Part shown: positions 36,003-43,904 of the stretch, one piece after another
How the letters are laid out: each line of letters starts with the position of its first letter
Numbering within the stretch: the first letter of the stretch is position 1
From: Spirochaetales bacterium
GTDB lineage: Bacteria > Spirochaetota > GWE2-31-10
NCBI GenBank assembly: GCA_022508205.1
Contig: JAFLVQ010000002.1
Coordinates: 1 to 48,907, forward strand
DNA length: 48,907 nt
Direction: 5' to 3'
Notes under the pieces: generated by a model
The model's input: the letters and a program-made list of their open reading frames with translations, nothing else
What the model was told of the DNA's origin: nothing
Databases searched by the model: none
Program-made: the position numbers and the translations under genes

Positions 36003-38147
36003 TTATTGAGCAGCTTCGATTAACAATGTGCCATTGTTTTTATCTGTAATCGTAAATGTTGCTTTGCCGTTTGTAACATCAGCAGGTTCACCGGTGTAGA
36101 AATCTTTTACTTTTGCAGCTCCGATTGATGAAACATCGACTGTCACTTCACCCTCAGCTGCGCCAAGAACGACAACAACTTTATCGTTACCTTTTTCACG
36201 GCTGAACGCATAGCCTGCGCTAAGGTCAATCTTTTTGTGTACACCCGCTCCGACGGCAGTGTGATTTTTTCGGAAGTTCAGCACTTTTGACCAGTGAGCG
36301 TGAATGTTTTCGTCGAATGTGTAGTTTAGAGCAGCATTGTAACCAGCTTCTACGCTTTTCCACGGCATTTGCGAACGATTTTTCTGATCATCATCACCCT
36401 TAAATGATGCGTCGCTGTCTTTTCGTCCGGCTTCATCACCGTAGTAAACTTGAATTGCTCCCGGACACATCGCAAGCAATGAACCTGCAATCATTTGTTT
36501 TTCCGCACTCTTTGAATAAGCGGAATAAAATAAACCGTTGCTGTCTTGAGCTCCCGTATCGTGAGAACTGATGTAGCTTAAAACGTTGAAAGCTGGGTCT
36601 GAATTGATATTTTCGGCATAACTCGAATAAGTAGTATCTATATCGGAGATAGTAGTTAACGCGTTTTTTGCTACCGAACGGAACGAGAAGTTAATCATCG
36701 AATCAAATCCGCCTTCGGTGTAATACGCATCTTTTGTCACGCCGTGTAGCCAGTGCTCGCCTGTCATCCAGAAATCGCTGTCATCGACCTTTTTGTCGGA
36801 ATTTTTGTTTTTCCAGTCTCGCAGTGCCTGTGTACATGCAACTTTTAGCTGATACCACGCTTCTTTTTCCACATGTTTTGCCGTATCACAGCGGAACCCG
36901 TCGATACCGAACTCGCGCACCCAGCTGCTGAGCCAGTAAATCAGATAATCTCTTACACGGTAATTTGAATTCTCTTCCAGCTCGACAACATTATATCCTT
37001 CGGTAGGATAAAACTTTGCCATTTCCGCTGTAGCTGTATGCTTTTTTGTAAGGAATACAGGCAGTTTAACGGCAAAATTGTTTTCCGTAATGAAATCAGG
37101 CAAAGCACCGCCACTCGAACCTGTTAAATCTCCGCTACCTGTGTGATAGTGGCTGCATAACCCTGCGCGAATCCAGTCGCCGCCCCACCAGTCGTCCCAG
37201 CCGTTAGACTTTTCAGTGGAATAATCAATATAGTCATGATAATTCTTGATTGTGATTTCTGCAGTATCATTAAAATTATCTTTGAGTACTCCCGGATACA
37301 AATGCACAGCATCTTCGATAGTGTTGTAACCCGGATGGTTCATAACTACATCCATTACAATGCGAATTCTTTTCTCATGTGCTTTGTTGACAAAAGTGCG
37401 AAACTCCTCAACGGTTCCCATACTTGCGTCCATATTTGTGTAATCCATTGCATAGTAACCGTGATACGGATAATGGAAGAATTCACTGTTGCCGCCGATA
37501 CAGAAACCATGAATCTGCTCATACGGTGCGGTAATCCAGATTGCGTTGATACCCAATTCTTCCAAGTAATCAAGTTTTGCGGTAAGCCCTGCAATGTCTC
37601 CGCCGTAAAATTTTCCGGCATCATCCTCTTTTGTAGGATCTCCTTTTTCACGACCGTAAGACTCGTCATTGTTTTCATCGCCATTGTAAAAACGGTCGGT
37701 GATTACAAAATACACGCTGGCATTGTCCCAGAACTCGTTATTTAACTTATAATCCGAAGGGAGTAAGGTTTCCCAACTATTTGCAGCAGCGCGTTTCTCT
37801 TTTACCGTTACTTCGCAAGTTGCCGATTTTCCGCCTGCTTCGGCAGTAATTGTTGCAGTACCGACTCCTCTACCGGTAACTACTCCATCGTTGCTTACGG
37901 TTGCGACATTTTCATCGCTTGATGTCCAAGTAACCTCTGCATTTTCCGCATCTTTCGGCGATACTGTCGCTTTCAATGTTTCGGATGAAGAAACTGCAAT
38001 TATTACGGAAGTTGGTGACAATCTTATACTTGTGACTGCTTTTTTTGGTGTTTCGCTGGATTCTTTGGAACCAGAATCGGGTTCTGAGCAGCCGAACATG
38101 AACAAGATTACAGTTGCTAATGTTAAAAATACTTTAAACTGTTTCAA
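36003..38147 (-). CDS. GH13 alpha-amylase lipoprotein (MalS-like) with N-terminal Big_2 Ig-like domain
   Basis: This is a 714-aa ORF. The start is TTG at 38147, 7 nt after AAGGAG, and the lipobox is ...LFMFGC. The Big_2 pattern is VTSIRLSP....I.......L.ATV.P.DA....VTWTSSDENVATVS.DGVVTG...GTATITA. GH13 regions are VMDVVMNHPGY, GIDGFRCDTAKHV, GEHW and YISSHD. Confidence 0.9.
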   Translation of the reverse strand: MKQFKVFLTLATVILFMFGCSEPDSGSKESSETPKKAVTSIRLSPTSVIIAVSSSETLKATVSPKDAENAEVTWTSSDENVATVSNDGVVTGRGVGTATITAEAGGKSATCEVTVKEKRAAANSWETLLPSDYKLNNEFWDNASVYFVITDRFYNGDENNDESYGREKGDPTKEDDAGKFYGGDIAGLTAKLDYLEELGINAIWITAPYEQIHGFCIGGNSEFFHYPYHGYYAMDYTNMDASMGTVEEFRTFVNKAHEKRIRIVMDVVMNHPGYNTIEDAVHLYPGVLKDNFNDTAEITIKNYHDYIDYSTEKSNGWDDWWGGDWIRAGLCSHYHTGSGDLTGSSGGALPDFITENNFAVKLPVFLTKKHTATAEMAKFYPTEGYNVVELEENSNYRVRDYLIYWLSSWVREFGIDGFRCDTAKHVEKEAWYQLKVACTQALRDWKNKNSDKKVDDSDFWMTGEHWLHGVTKDAYYTEGGFDSMINFSFRSVAKNALTTISDIDTTYSSYAENINSDPAFNVLSYISSHDTGAQDSNGLFYSAYSKSAEKQMIAGSLLAMCPGAIQVYYGDEAGRKDSDASFKGDDDQKNRSQMPWKSVEAGYNAALNYTFDENIHAHWSKVLNFRKNHTAVGAGVHKKIDLSAGYAFSREKGNDKVVVVLGAAEGEVTVDVSSIGAAKVKDFYTGEPADVTNGKATFTITDKNNGTLLIEAAQ

Positions 38148-38207
38148 TTTTTTACTCCTTTTATTTTTTTTACAAATAAGACTATCACATTTTAAGTGAA
38201 AAGCAAG

Positions 38208-38242
38208 TAAAAAAACAAGGGACTTTTAAGTCCCTTGTTTTT
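38208..38242 (-). terminator. Rho-independent terminator after the pullulanase gene
   Basis: The minus-strand transcript folds as ACAAGGGACT-TAAA-AGTCCCTTGT, followed by TTTTTTT. It lies 5 nt after the stop at 38247. Confidence 0.7.
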
Positions 38243-38246
38243 ATTT

Positions 38247-41009
38247 CTAACTCTTCTTCTTTAAGATAACAAAACTTTTTTTCTCAACTGCTGTCGGAGC
38301 AGAATCAATCTCTTCAGTCTTTCCCTCTGTTACGTTAATAGCTTTGTAGCCGTCACTATCTGGGATTTTAAAGGCCTCATTTGATGAGTTGAAATAAACC
38401 ACAAAGTCTTCTGTAGTATATTTGATTACGCTGCCGTCATTATTAGCTTTTTCTGCTGTTGCTTTTGTATTGCTGCCGAAAGCCTCACGATTTTCTTTAC
38501 GCAGTTTAATCAAGCCTTTGTAAACGTTATATACGTCTTTGTAGTATTCTTTGAATTTCAAATCAATTTGATTGATTTCATCATCTGAGGCGTAGCTGTT
38601 TTCGTCACCTTGTTTTGTTCTCATAAATTCTTGTCCGCCGTTGATAAACGGAGTTCCCTGTGCGAGGAATACAAGTGCGGCGGCAAGTTTGTTTTGTGCA
38701 CGAAGTTCATTTTGTTGATTTTCGGTAAACTTATCATACGCTTTCCATCCGTCTTTATCTTTTCCGTCGTTTAACGAAATCGCCAGTTTATCCGCAAGAG
38801 TGTAGTTATCGTGACATTCCACATAGTTTATGGAACGGCCCGGATGCTTTGTCAATGACGGAGACCCTTTCAGTCCTTCGATTACCGCAGCAACCAAATC
38901 TTTTTTGTCACCATCTTCATAAGTACCTTGTACGAATCCTTTTTGGAAACCGCCGAATTCGGCACCTTTGATTGCGTTTCTGATGTCGTCGTTAAACATC
39001 GCAACACCTTCCATGGCGTCGACTGTTTTTTTGCTGTCCGATGTTATTCCGTTTTCAACGGGCGAGCTACCGCCTGTCCAAGGTTCGCCGTAAACCATTA
39101 CATGTTTATCGATTTTCTTTAATTCCGCGTAAATTTCTTTCATTGTTTCTTTTTCATGCAGCCCCATGAGGTCGAAACGGAAGCCGTTGATGTGGTAATC
39201 GTTCATCCAGTGTTTCAAGCTGTCGATCATGTATTTTTTAAACATTACCCGATTGGAAGCAGTTTCGTTGCCGCAGCCCGAACCGTTGGAGTAAGTTCCG
39301 TTTGTCAAACGATAGTAATAATAAGGAACAGTCATATCGAACAACGAACCTATACCTGTTCCGTTGGTGTGGTTGTAAACTACGTCCATGTTTACGGCAA
39401 TTCCGGCCTCGTGGAATGCTTGTATCATTGTACGCATCTGACATACAGCGTTGCGTCCGTCAACATCAGGTTTATTTACATAACGGCCTTCCGGTACATT
39501 GTATTGGTATGGGTTATATCCCCAGTTATATTTACCATCGTCATTCTTTTCCGCATAGTCGAACATCGGCAGAATTTGAACGTGTGTAACGCCCAAATCT
39601 TTTAAATGTGCAGCAAATTTGTCGGGGTCGGAGCTTTTAAGTGCACTTGTAATTTCATCGAATTTACCGGTACTGTTTGGTACAAAAGCGCGGCTCCAGT
39701 CACGAATGTGCATTTCGTAAATAACAGCATCGGTATACTCGCCTTCAAATGGGTTTGTATATTCGATTTCCCAGCCTGCTGGCTGTGCGGTTGTATCCGT
39801 AGCTAAATCCACTATTTGTCCGGCAACACTGTCCGGTGCTGCGGAATGTGCGTAAATATCGCAAATCCTGTTTGTGCTACCGCCGTTTGTGATTTCATAA
39901 GTATAATATTTGCCTTTCAAATCTTCCTTAATTTCGACAGACCATACACCGGTTTCTTCATTTAAAGTCATTTTAGTGCGCTTGCCTTTGTTTGCTGTCT
40001 CTGTTTTTGCGGCTTCTTCTTCTGTAAGGATAAAATTATGTTCTTTGCCGTCTTCTTTTGCTCCGTTCCAGTCATCGTAAATAAGCACACTTACTTCGCT
40101 TGCAAGAGGTGCCCAAACTTTGAAAGTTGTACTTGCAGAAGTATAAATAGCTCCGAGAGTTTCGTTTGCGGCTTCCTTTTCGGCTGCTTTAGTACTGAGA
40201 ACTTCATTCATGCCGATTTCCTTTCCGTCATCGGGGATGAACTTTGCATGAGAAATTTTATATGTTTTTTCCAAATCCAAATCCTCTCCAATCTCTACCC
40301 AAAAATTGGAAGTGAAGTTGTAATTTTTCAGATATCTTTCATCGTCTGATTTTCTGTAGGTATAATTTCTCATGTTTGTTATTTTTACTTCGGTTCCGTC
40401 AGTTGCCCGTATTGTAAAACCGTTATTCGACGGAGATGCACTGATTGCATACTTGCAGGAAAGGGTCAGCTGCATTTCCAATGGGCTGATCATTACCGCA
40501 CCTACAATCTGTGGCTTTGCATTCGGATCTACTGCATAAACATTTGAATTCCCGCTTATTGCGGCAAAATGTTTTCCCCATGAAAGATTCCAAGACCGAT
40601 CCAGATCCGGATCTTTATCTGCCCAATTGCCTTTTCTTATGATAAAGTTGATCTTCCCGTTGTCACTTTCAGCAGCATTTTTCACGTCGTTGTTAGGACT
40701 GTTTTCACTGAATTTAAGATATGCGACTTTTTTTCCGTCAACATCAATAAAGTCTGTAAAATCTCCTTGAGCACCCTCTCCGGCGTCAACCCAAAGCCAC
40801 ACATTCCAATCGGTATAATTTCCGTCGGGTCTGTAATAGTACAGCACTGCTTCGTCATTTGCGCCTAATTTCTCTTTGGCGGCAATAACGATTTTTATTG
40901 CTTCGGGTGTTTCTTCAATTGTTCCGGGAGCGACTTTTTCGCCATTGCTTCCGCCCCCCCCCACTGTTGTCTTTTTTGCTGCTGCTACTGCTGCTCGGTT
41001 CGCAGCCAA
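38247..41009 (-). CDS. Type I pullulanase (GH13 with CBM41- and CBM48-like N-terminal modules), enzyme-encoding frame; the authentic start is in another frame (see 40915..41064)
   Basis: This is a 920-aa frame with YYRPDGNYTDWNVWLW (CBM41-like) and TFKVWAPLASEVSVLIYDDW (CBM48-like). It also has YNWGYNPYQYNVPEGRY, MDVVYNHT, INGFRFDLMG, YGEPW and YVECHDN. The ORF-track M is an in-frame TTG with no SD and no signal peptide. Confidence 0.9.
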   Translation of the reverse strand: MAANRAAVAAAKKTTVGGGGSNGEKVAPGTIEETPEAIKIVIAAKEKLGANDEAVLYYYRPDGNYTDWNVWLWVDAGEGAQGDFTDFIDVDGKKVAYLKFSENSPNNDVKNAAESDNGKINFIIRKGNWADKDPDLDRSWNLSWGKHFAAISGNSNVYAVDPNAKPQIVGAVMISPLEMQLTLSCKYAISASPSNNGFTIRATDGTEVKITNMRNYTYRKSDDERYLKNYNFTSNFWVEIGEDLDLEKTYKISHAKFIPDDGKEIGMNEVLSTKAAEKEAANETLGAIYTSASTTFKVWAPLASEVSVLIYDDWNGAKEDGKEHNFILTEEEAAKTETANKGKRTKMTLNEETGVWSVEIKEDLKGKYYTYEITNGGSTNRICDIYAHSAAPDSVAGQIVDLATDTTAQPAGWEIEYTNPFEGEYTDAVIYEMHIRDWSRAFVPNSTGKFDEITSALKSSDPDKFAAHLKDLGVTHVQILPMFDYAEKNDDGKYNWGYNPYQYNVPEGRYVNKPDVDGRNAVCQMRTMIQAFHEAGIAVNMDVVYNHTNGTGIGSLFDMTVPYYYYRLTNGTYSNGSGCGNETASNRVMFKKYMIDSLKHWMNDYHINGFRFDLMGLHEKETMKEIYAELKKIDKHVMVYGEPWTGGSSPVENGITSDSKKTVDAMEGVAMFNDDIRNAIKGAEFGGFQKGFVQGTYEDGDKKDLVAAVIEGLKGSPSLTKHPGRSINYVECHDNYTLADKLAISLNDGKDKDGWKAYDKFTENQQNELRAQNKLAAALVFLAQGTPFINGGQEFMRTKQGDENSYASDDEINQIDLKFKEYYKDVYNVYKGLIKLRKENREAFGSNTKATAEKANNDGSVIKYTTEDFVVYFNSSNEAFKIPDSDGYKAINVTEGKTEEIDSAPTAVEKKSFVILKKKS

Positions 41010-41064
41010 TCAAAAATAAAATAGATGCGATTAACGCAATAATTGAATTAATTATTCGTTTCAT
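40915..41064 (-). CDS. Lipoprotein signal-peptide leader of the pullulanase, out of frame with the enzyme body at the G9 tract (49-codon ORF as sequenced)
   Basis: Read by hand. GGAGG (41074..41070), 5 nt, then ATG at 41064 gives MKRIINSIIALIASILFLIGCEPSSSSSSKKDNSGGGRKQWRKSRSRNN*. The lipobox is L-I-G-C. The Ser-rich linker continues sensibly only if the frame shifts at the G-run. Confidence 0.75.
   Translation of the reverse strand: MKRIINSIIALIASILFLIGCEPSSSSSSKKDNSGGGRKQWRKSRSRNN
40954..40962 (-). repeat. Homopolymeric G9 tract (C9 on the + strand) at the frame junction of the pullulanase gene
   Basis: The coding strand reads ...AAC AGT GGGGGGGGG CGG AAG... The position was verified against the ORF-track frame (V16-G17-G18-G19-G20 of the 920-aa frame). 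Confidence 0.95.
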
Positions 41065-41092
41065 TGTTTCCTCCAATTTGTTTTTTTCATCA

Positions 41093-41121
41093 AGTATAGA
41101 TTTTTAGATATTGATTTACAA
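41093..41121 (-). promoter_or_regulatory. Candidate sigma70-type promoter for the pullulanase gene
   Basis: On the minus strand, TTGTAA (41121..41116), a 17-nt spacer, then TATACT (41098..41093), about 29 nt upstream of the ATG at 41064. Confidence 0.5.
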
Positions 41122-41159
41122 TCGAAAAGAAAAATTTCCATGACTTTGAAAAAAAACGT

Positions 41160-41410
41160 GAGTTTTGCTTGCCGACAAGCGGCCTAACGGTGGTTCTGGG
41201 GCGATTTGCGGTTAAGTCCGCGCGGAGCAAAAGCAGTGCTTTGAACGTCAAACCTGCGGGAGTTCATTCTGCATTTTGCCGATTTTGTCGGCGCAGAAAC
41301 TGTAATTGTACGATAGGGACAGACCTATATTCTGCTTTGGGATTAGAGCCTGTCCCCGACTTCGTTTTCGGTGTTCTGCGAAAGCCTGCAAGCCGAATGC
41401 ACTTTGTCAA
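41160..41410. other. GC-rich structured intergenic island carrying one inverted copy of a dispersed ~39-nt repeat
   Basis: By hand count, 124 of 240 bases (41161..41400) are G/C, compared with 14 of 60 in the adjacent 41101..41160. Three structural elements are visible: long-range complementarity gccgacaa (41171..41178) / ttgtcggc (41285..41292), a hairpin gggacag (41316..41322) / ctgtccc (41350..41356), and a palindrome tccgcgcgga (41217..41226). Positions 41364..41400 are about 80% identical to the reverse complement of the repeats at 48823..48907. Confidence 0.45.
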
Positions 41411-41414
41411 CTTG

Positions 41415-41762
41415 TCAAAATAACACCGCAAGAATATCAGTCTGAATGAGAATCATATATAAAATCGTTCCGCCGAATATCGAGAATAACGGATTGCCTT
41501 TTCGCAAATGTATGATTGTTACAAAAAACAGCGAAATAATTTCGGGAAGACCGAAAGGTGCGGCACTCCATTTTGTATCTTTCAGACTGTAAATTACAAG
41601 AATTACCATTATCATCGGCGGAATGTACTGCTGCACGAAATCCAAAATCTTCGGCGGTCTGCGGCGGCTGAAAAACAAAAAAGGAAATGCTCTGGTAAAA
41701 AAAGTAACGGCTGCAATTATAAAAATCGCAATGAATACACGCGACAACGGCATCGATGTCAT
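41415..41762 (-). CDS. azlD: Branched-chain amino acid exporter small subunit AzlD
   Basis: The true start is ATG at 41762 (MTSMPLSRVFIAIFIIAAVTFFTRAFPFLFF...), behind AGGAGG. The protein is 115 aa with 3-4 TM helices. It shares an ATGA overlap with the azlC stop. The ORF-track version (to 42026) is an out-of-frame extension over azlC. Confidence 0.8.
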   Translation of the reverse strand: MTSMPLSRVFIAIFIIAAVTFFTRAFPFLFFSRRRPPKILDFVQQYIPPMIMVILVIYSLKDTKWSAAPFGLPEIISLFFVTIIHLRKGNPLFSIFGGTILYMILIQTDILAVLF

Positions 41763-42460
41763 GACGGCAGCCTCCTGCGCAGTAAAATTAATACCACTAT
41801 TGAAATTAAAATCGAAAATATCAACATGTTCTCCCTGCTGATAAAAATCAAAACCAGCACAGAAACAATTGCGGCGATAATAAACGGCAATTTTGAACGG
41901 CACTGTTTCCATTGTTCTATAAGCAGTACCATAAATAAAGCAGTCAGTGCAAATGACAATCCGGTGCAGTCGAATGAAATAAAAATGCTTGCAAACCACG
42001 CCCCGATTACACTGCCGGCAATCCAATAAAAATGGTCAAGCATACTGATGTAAAAATAAAAATCGCGCTTGTTTACATCATCGGGAACGGTTACCGTCGT
42101 AAGCAGAGAGTACGTTTCGTCGGTAAGTGCAAAGATTAAATAAGGCGTTATCGGTTTTGTACTGCGAAATTTATCCAGCAAAGACAGTCCGTAAACCATG
42201 TGCCGAGCGTTCACAAGCAACGTTACAAGTGCAATTTCGGCAAAATCGGCATTTTGTGCAAACATTGACACTGCGATGTACTGTCCGGCACCCGCGTATA
42301 TTATAATGCTCATAAGAAGTGCAATCAGCCATGAATAACCTGCATTTACCGCCAATAATCCAAATGCAGTCCCGATTGCCAAATAACCAAGCATTACGGG
42401 AACAGTACAGCGAAATGCGGCCTTGAAACATTTATTTGAAAATATGGTAAATACCGTCAT
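41759..42460 (-). CDS. azlC: Branched-chain amino acid exporter AzlC
   Basis: This is a ~233-aa polytopic membrane protein with ...AAFRCTVPVMLGYLAIGTAFGLLA...IIYAGAGQY..V.... The ATG at 42460 was chosen over the TTG at 42472. Confidence 0.85.
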   Translation of the reverse strand: MTVFTIFSNKCFKAAFRCTVPVMLGYLAIGTAFGLLAVNAGYSWLIALLMSIIIYAGAGQYIAVSMFAQNADFAEIALVTLLVNARHMVYGLSLLDKFRSTKPITPYLIFALTDETYSLLTTVTVPDDVNKRDFYFYISMLDHFYWIAGSVIGAWFASIFISFDCTGLSFALTALFMVLLIEQWKQCRSKLPFIIAAIVSVLVLIFISRENMLIFSILISIVVLILLRRRLPS

Positions 42461-42610
42461 ACAAAAATCCAACTAAATTATAAAATCAAGTTTAAGTGAG
42501 TGTTAATATAATAGAAACTTTGCTATAAAGGAACACCGCATTGGTAACTGAAAAAAATTATAAACAATGATTATATACTTTTGAGAAAATCGACGTGTTC
42601 GGGATGGAAT

Positions 42611-43177
42611 ATGAAATATAAATTTGGCGATAAGTTGCGCACAATGCGTGAAAAAAAGAAAATTACGTTGAAAGAAGTTGCCGAACGTGCCGGCGTAAGC
42701 GAAAGCCTTATATCGCAAATCGAACGGAACAAAGTTTCTCCGGCAATTGATACTCTGCTGCAAATTGTGGAAATTCTCGGTATTGACCTCGAATATCTGT
42801 TTCAGGATTTCAAAAAGAACCGCAATGTTACTTTAGTTCATCAGTCTCAGCGAAATCGTATTGTCCAAGGCGGCGTAACGTATGAACAGCTGGTGCAGAC
42901 TCCGGAGTCCGATTCCGAACATGGAATAGAAGCGTATCTTATGACGATTGCGGCAGGAGCAAGCAGCGGAAGTCCGGAGTACGGCCACATTGGCAAAGAA
43001 ATGGGCGTAATTATCAGCGGAACGGGAAATTTTTCCATAGGAAGCCAAACATTTGCATTGCAGGCAGGTGACAGCATTTCTTTCGATTCGGGAATTCCGC
43101 ATCAATTGAAAAATACAGGCGATAATGAACTGAAAGCATTCTGGGTAATAACTCCTCCCAAGAATTTAAAGTTTTAA
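42611..43177 (+). CDS. XRE-family HTH transcriptional regulator with C-terminal cupin domain
   Basis: The start is ATG at 42611 (MKYKFGDKLRTMREKKKITLKEVAERAGVSESLISQIERNKVSPAIDTLLQI). The cupin motif is ...G.E.GVIISGTG.F.IG.Q.F.L.AGDSISFDSGIPHQLKN. It is divergent from azlCD. Confidence 0.85.
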   Translation: MKYKFGDKLRTMREKKKITLKEVAERAGVSESLISQIERNKVSPAIDTLLQIVEILGIDLEYLFQDFKKNRNVTLVHQSQRNRIVQGGVTYEQLVQTPESDSEHGIEAYLMTIAAGASSGSPEYGHIGKEMGVIISGTGNFSIGSQTFALQAGDSISFDSGIPHQLKNTGDNELKAFWVITPPKNLKF

Positions 43178-43335
43178 TGAGTCGGCGAATGATTTAGCTA
43201 AAGGACAATCCATTACCTTTTTGAATACGTGGGAAACAGCGATTTTTGAACAAAATCGAAAATAGCCACAGTACCGAAAAAAAGTCAGGTATCTTTGCGG
43301 CGATTTATTTCACATAAAATATGCAGGAGCAAAAT

Positions 43336-43812
43336 ATGTTTAGAGAATTAATCAGAAAAAAGCAGGAACTTCCGTTTGATGAATGCATTGACATTTTGCG
43401 AACCGAAAAACGCGGTGTTCTTTCGGTGCTGGGTGATGATGATTATCCTTACGGAATTCCGATGAATCATTTTTACAATGACGAAGATGGAGCTGTTTAT
43501 TTCCACTGCGCAAAAGTCGGTCACAAATTGGATTCGATTAAGCGTCACGACAAAGTGTCGTTTTGTGTTTATACGCAAGGTACGCATAAGCCGGGAGAAT
43601 GGGCGCTGCATGTGGAAAGTGTCGTCGTTTTTGGGCGAATTTGCATTATCGATGACATGGAAAAAATTGTAAATATCACAACTGCGCTTGGACATAAATT
43701 TACTGCCGATGATGAATATATAAAGGAAGAAATCGAAAAGGCAGGGAAGCGCACTCTTTTGCTGAAATTGCAGATTGAACATTTATGCGGAAAGGCTGTA
43801 ACGGAAGCCTGA
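43336..43812 (+). CDS. Pyridoxamine 5'-phosphate oxidase-fold flavoprotein, Nim (5-nitroimidazole reductase)-like
   Basis: The start is ATG at 43336 behind AGGAG. The protein reads MFRELIRKKQELPFDECIDILRTEKRGVLSVLGDDDYPYGIPMNHFY..DGAVYFHCAKVGHKLDSIKRHDKVSFCV. Its N-terminal pattern and ~158-aa size resemble Nim-family proteins as I recall them. Confidence 0.75.
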   Translation: MFRELIRKKQELPFDECIDILRTEKRGVLSVLGDDDYPYGIPMNHFYNDEDGAVYFHCAKVGHKLDSIKRHDKVSFCVYTQGTHKPGEWALHVESVVVFGRICIIDDMEKIVNITTALGHKFTADDEYIKEEIEKAGKRTLLLKLQIEHLCGKAVTEA

Positions 43813-43904
43813 TTGCGAAAAATTTTGAAATAGGGAACCCGTACGATGGAAAAAGGAATTTTCAGCACCGCTAAAAAAATAAAACATTGTTATACCGATT
43901 GGGA

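Noticed and set aside
41169-41423. An 84-aa + strand ORF through the GC-rich island.
   Set aside because: It has no SD and an Arg/Cys/Ala-rich composition that simply reflects local GC content. It overlaps the repeat copy and is unlikely to be coding.
41763-42026. An 88-codon N-terminal extension of the azlD ORF (the 203-aa track entry).
   Set aside because: It lies entirely inside azlC in another frame and has a Cys/Phe-rich nonsense composition. AGGAGG-ATG at 41762 with an ATGA overlap to the azlC stop gives a typical ~115-aa AzlD.
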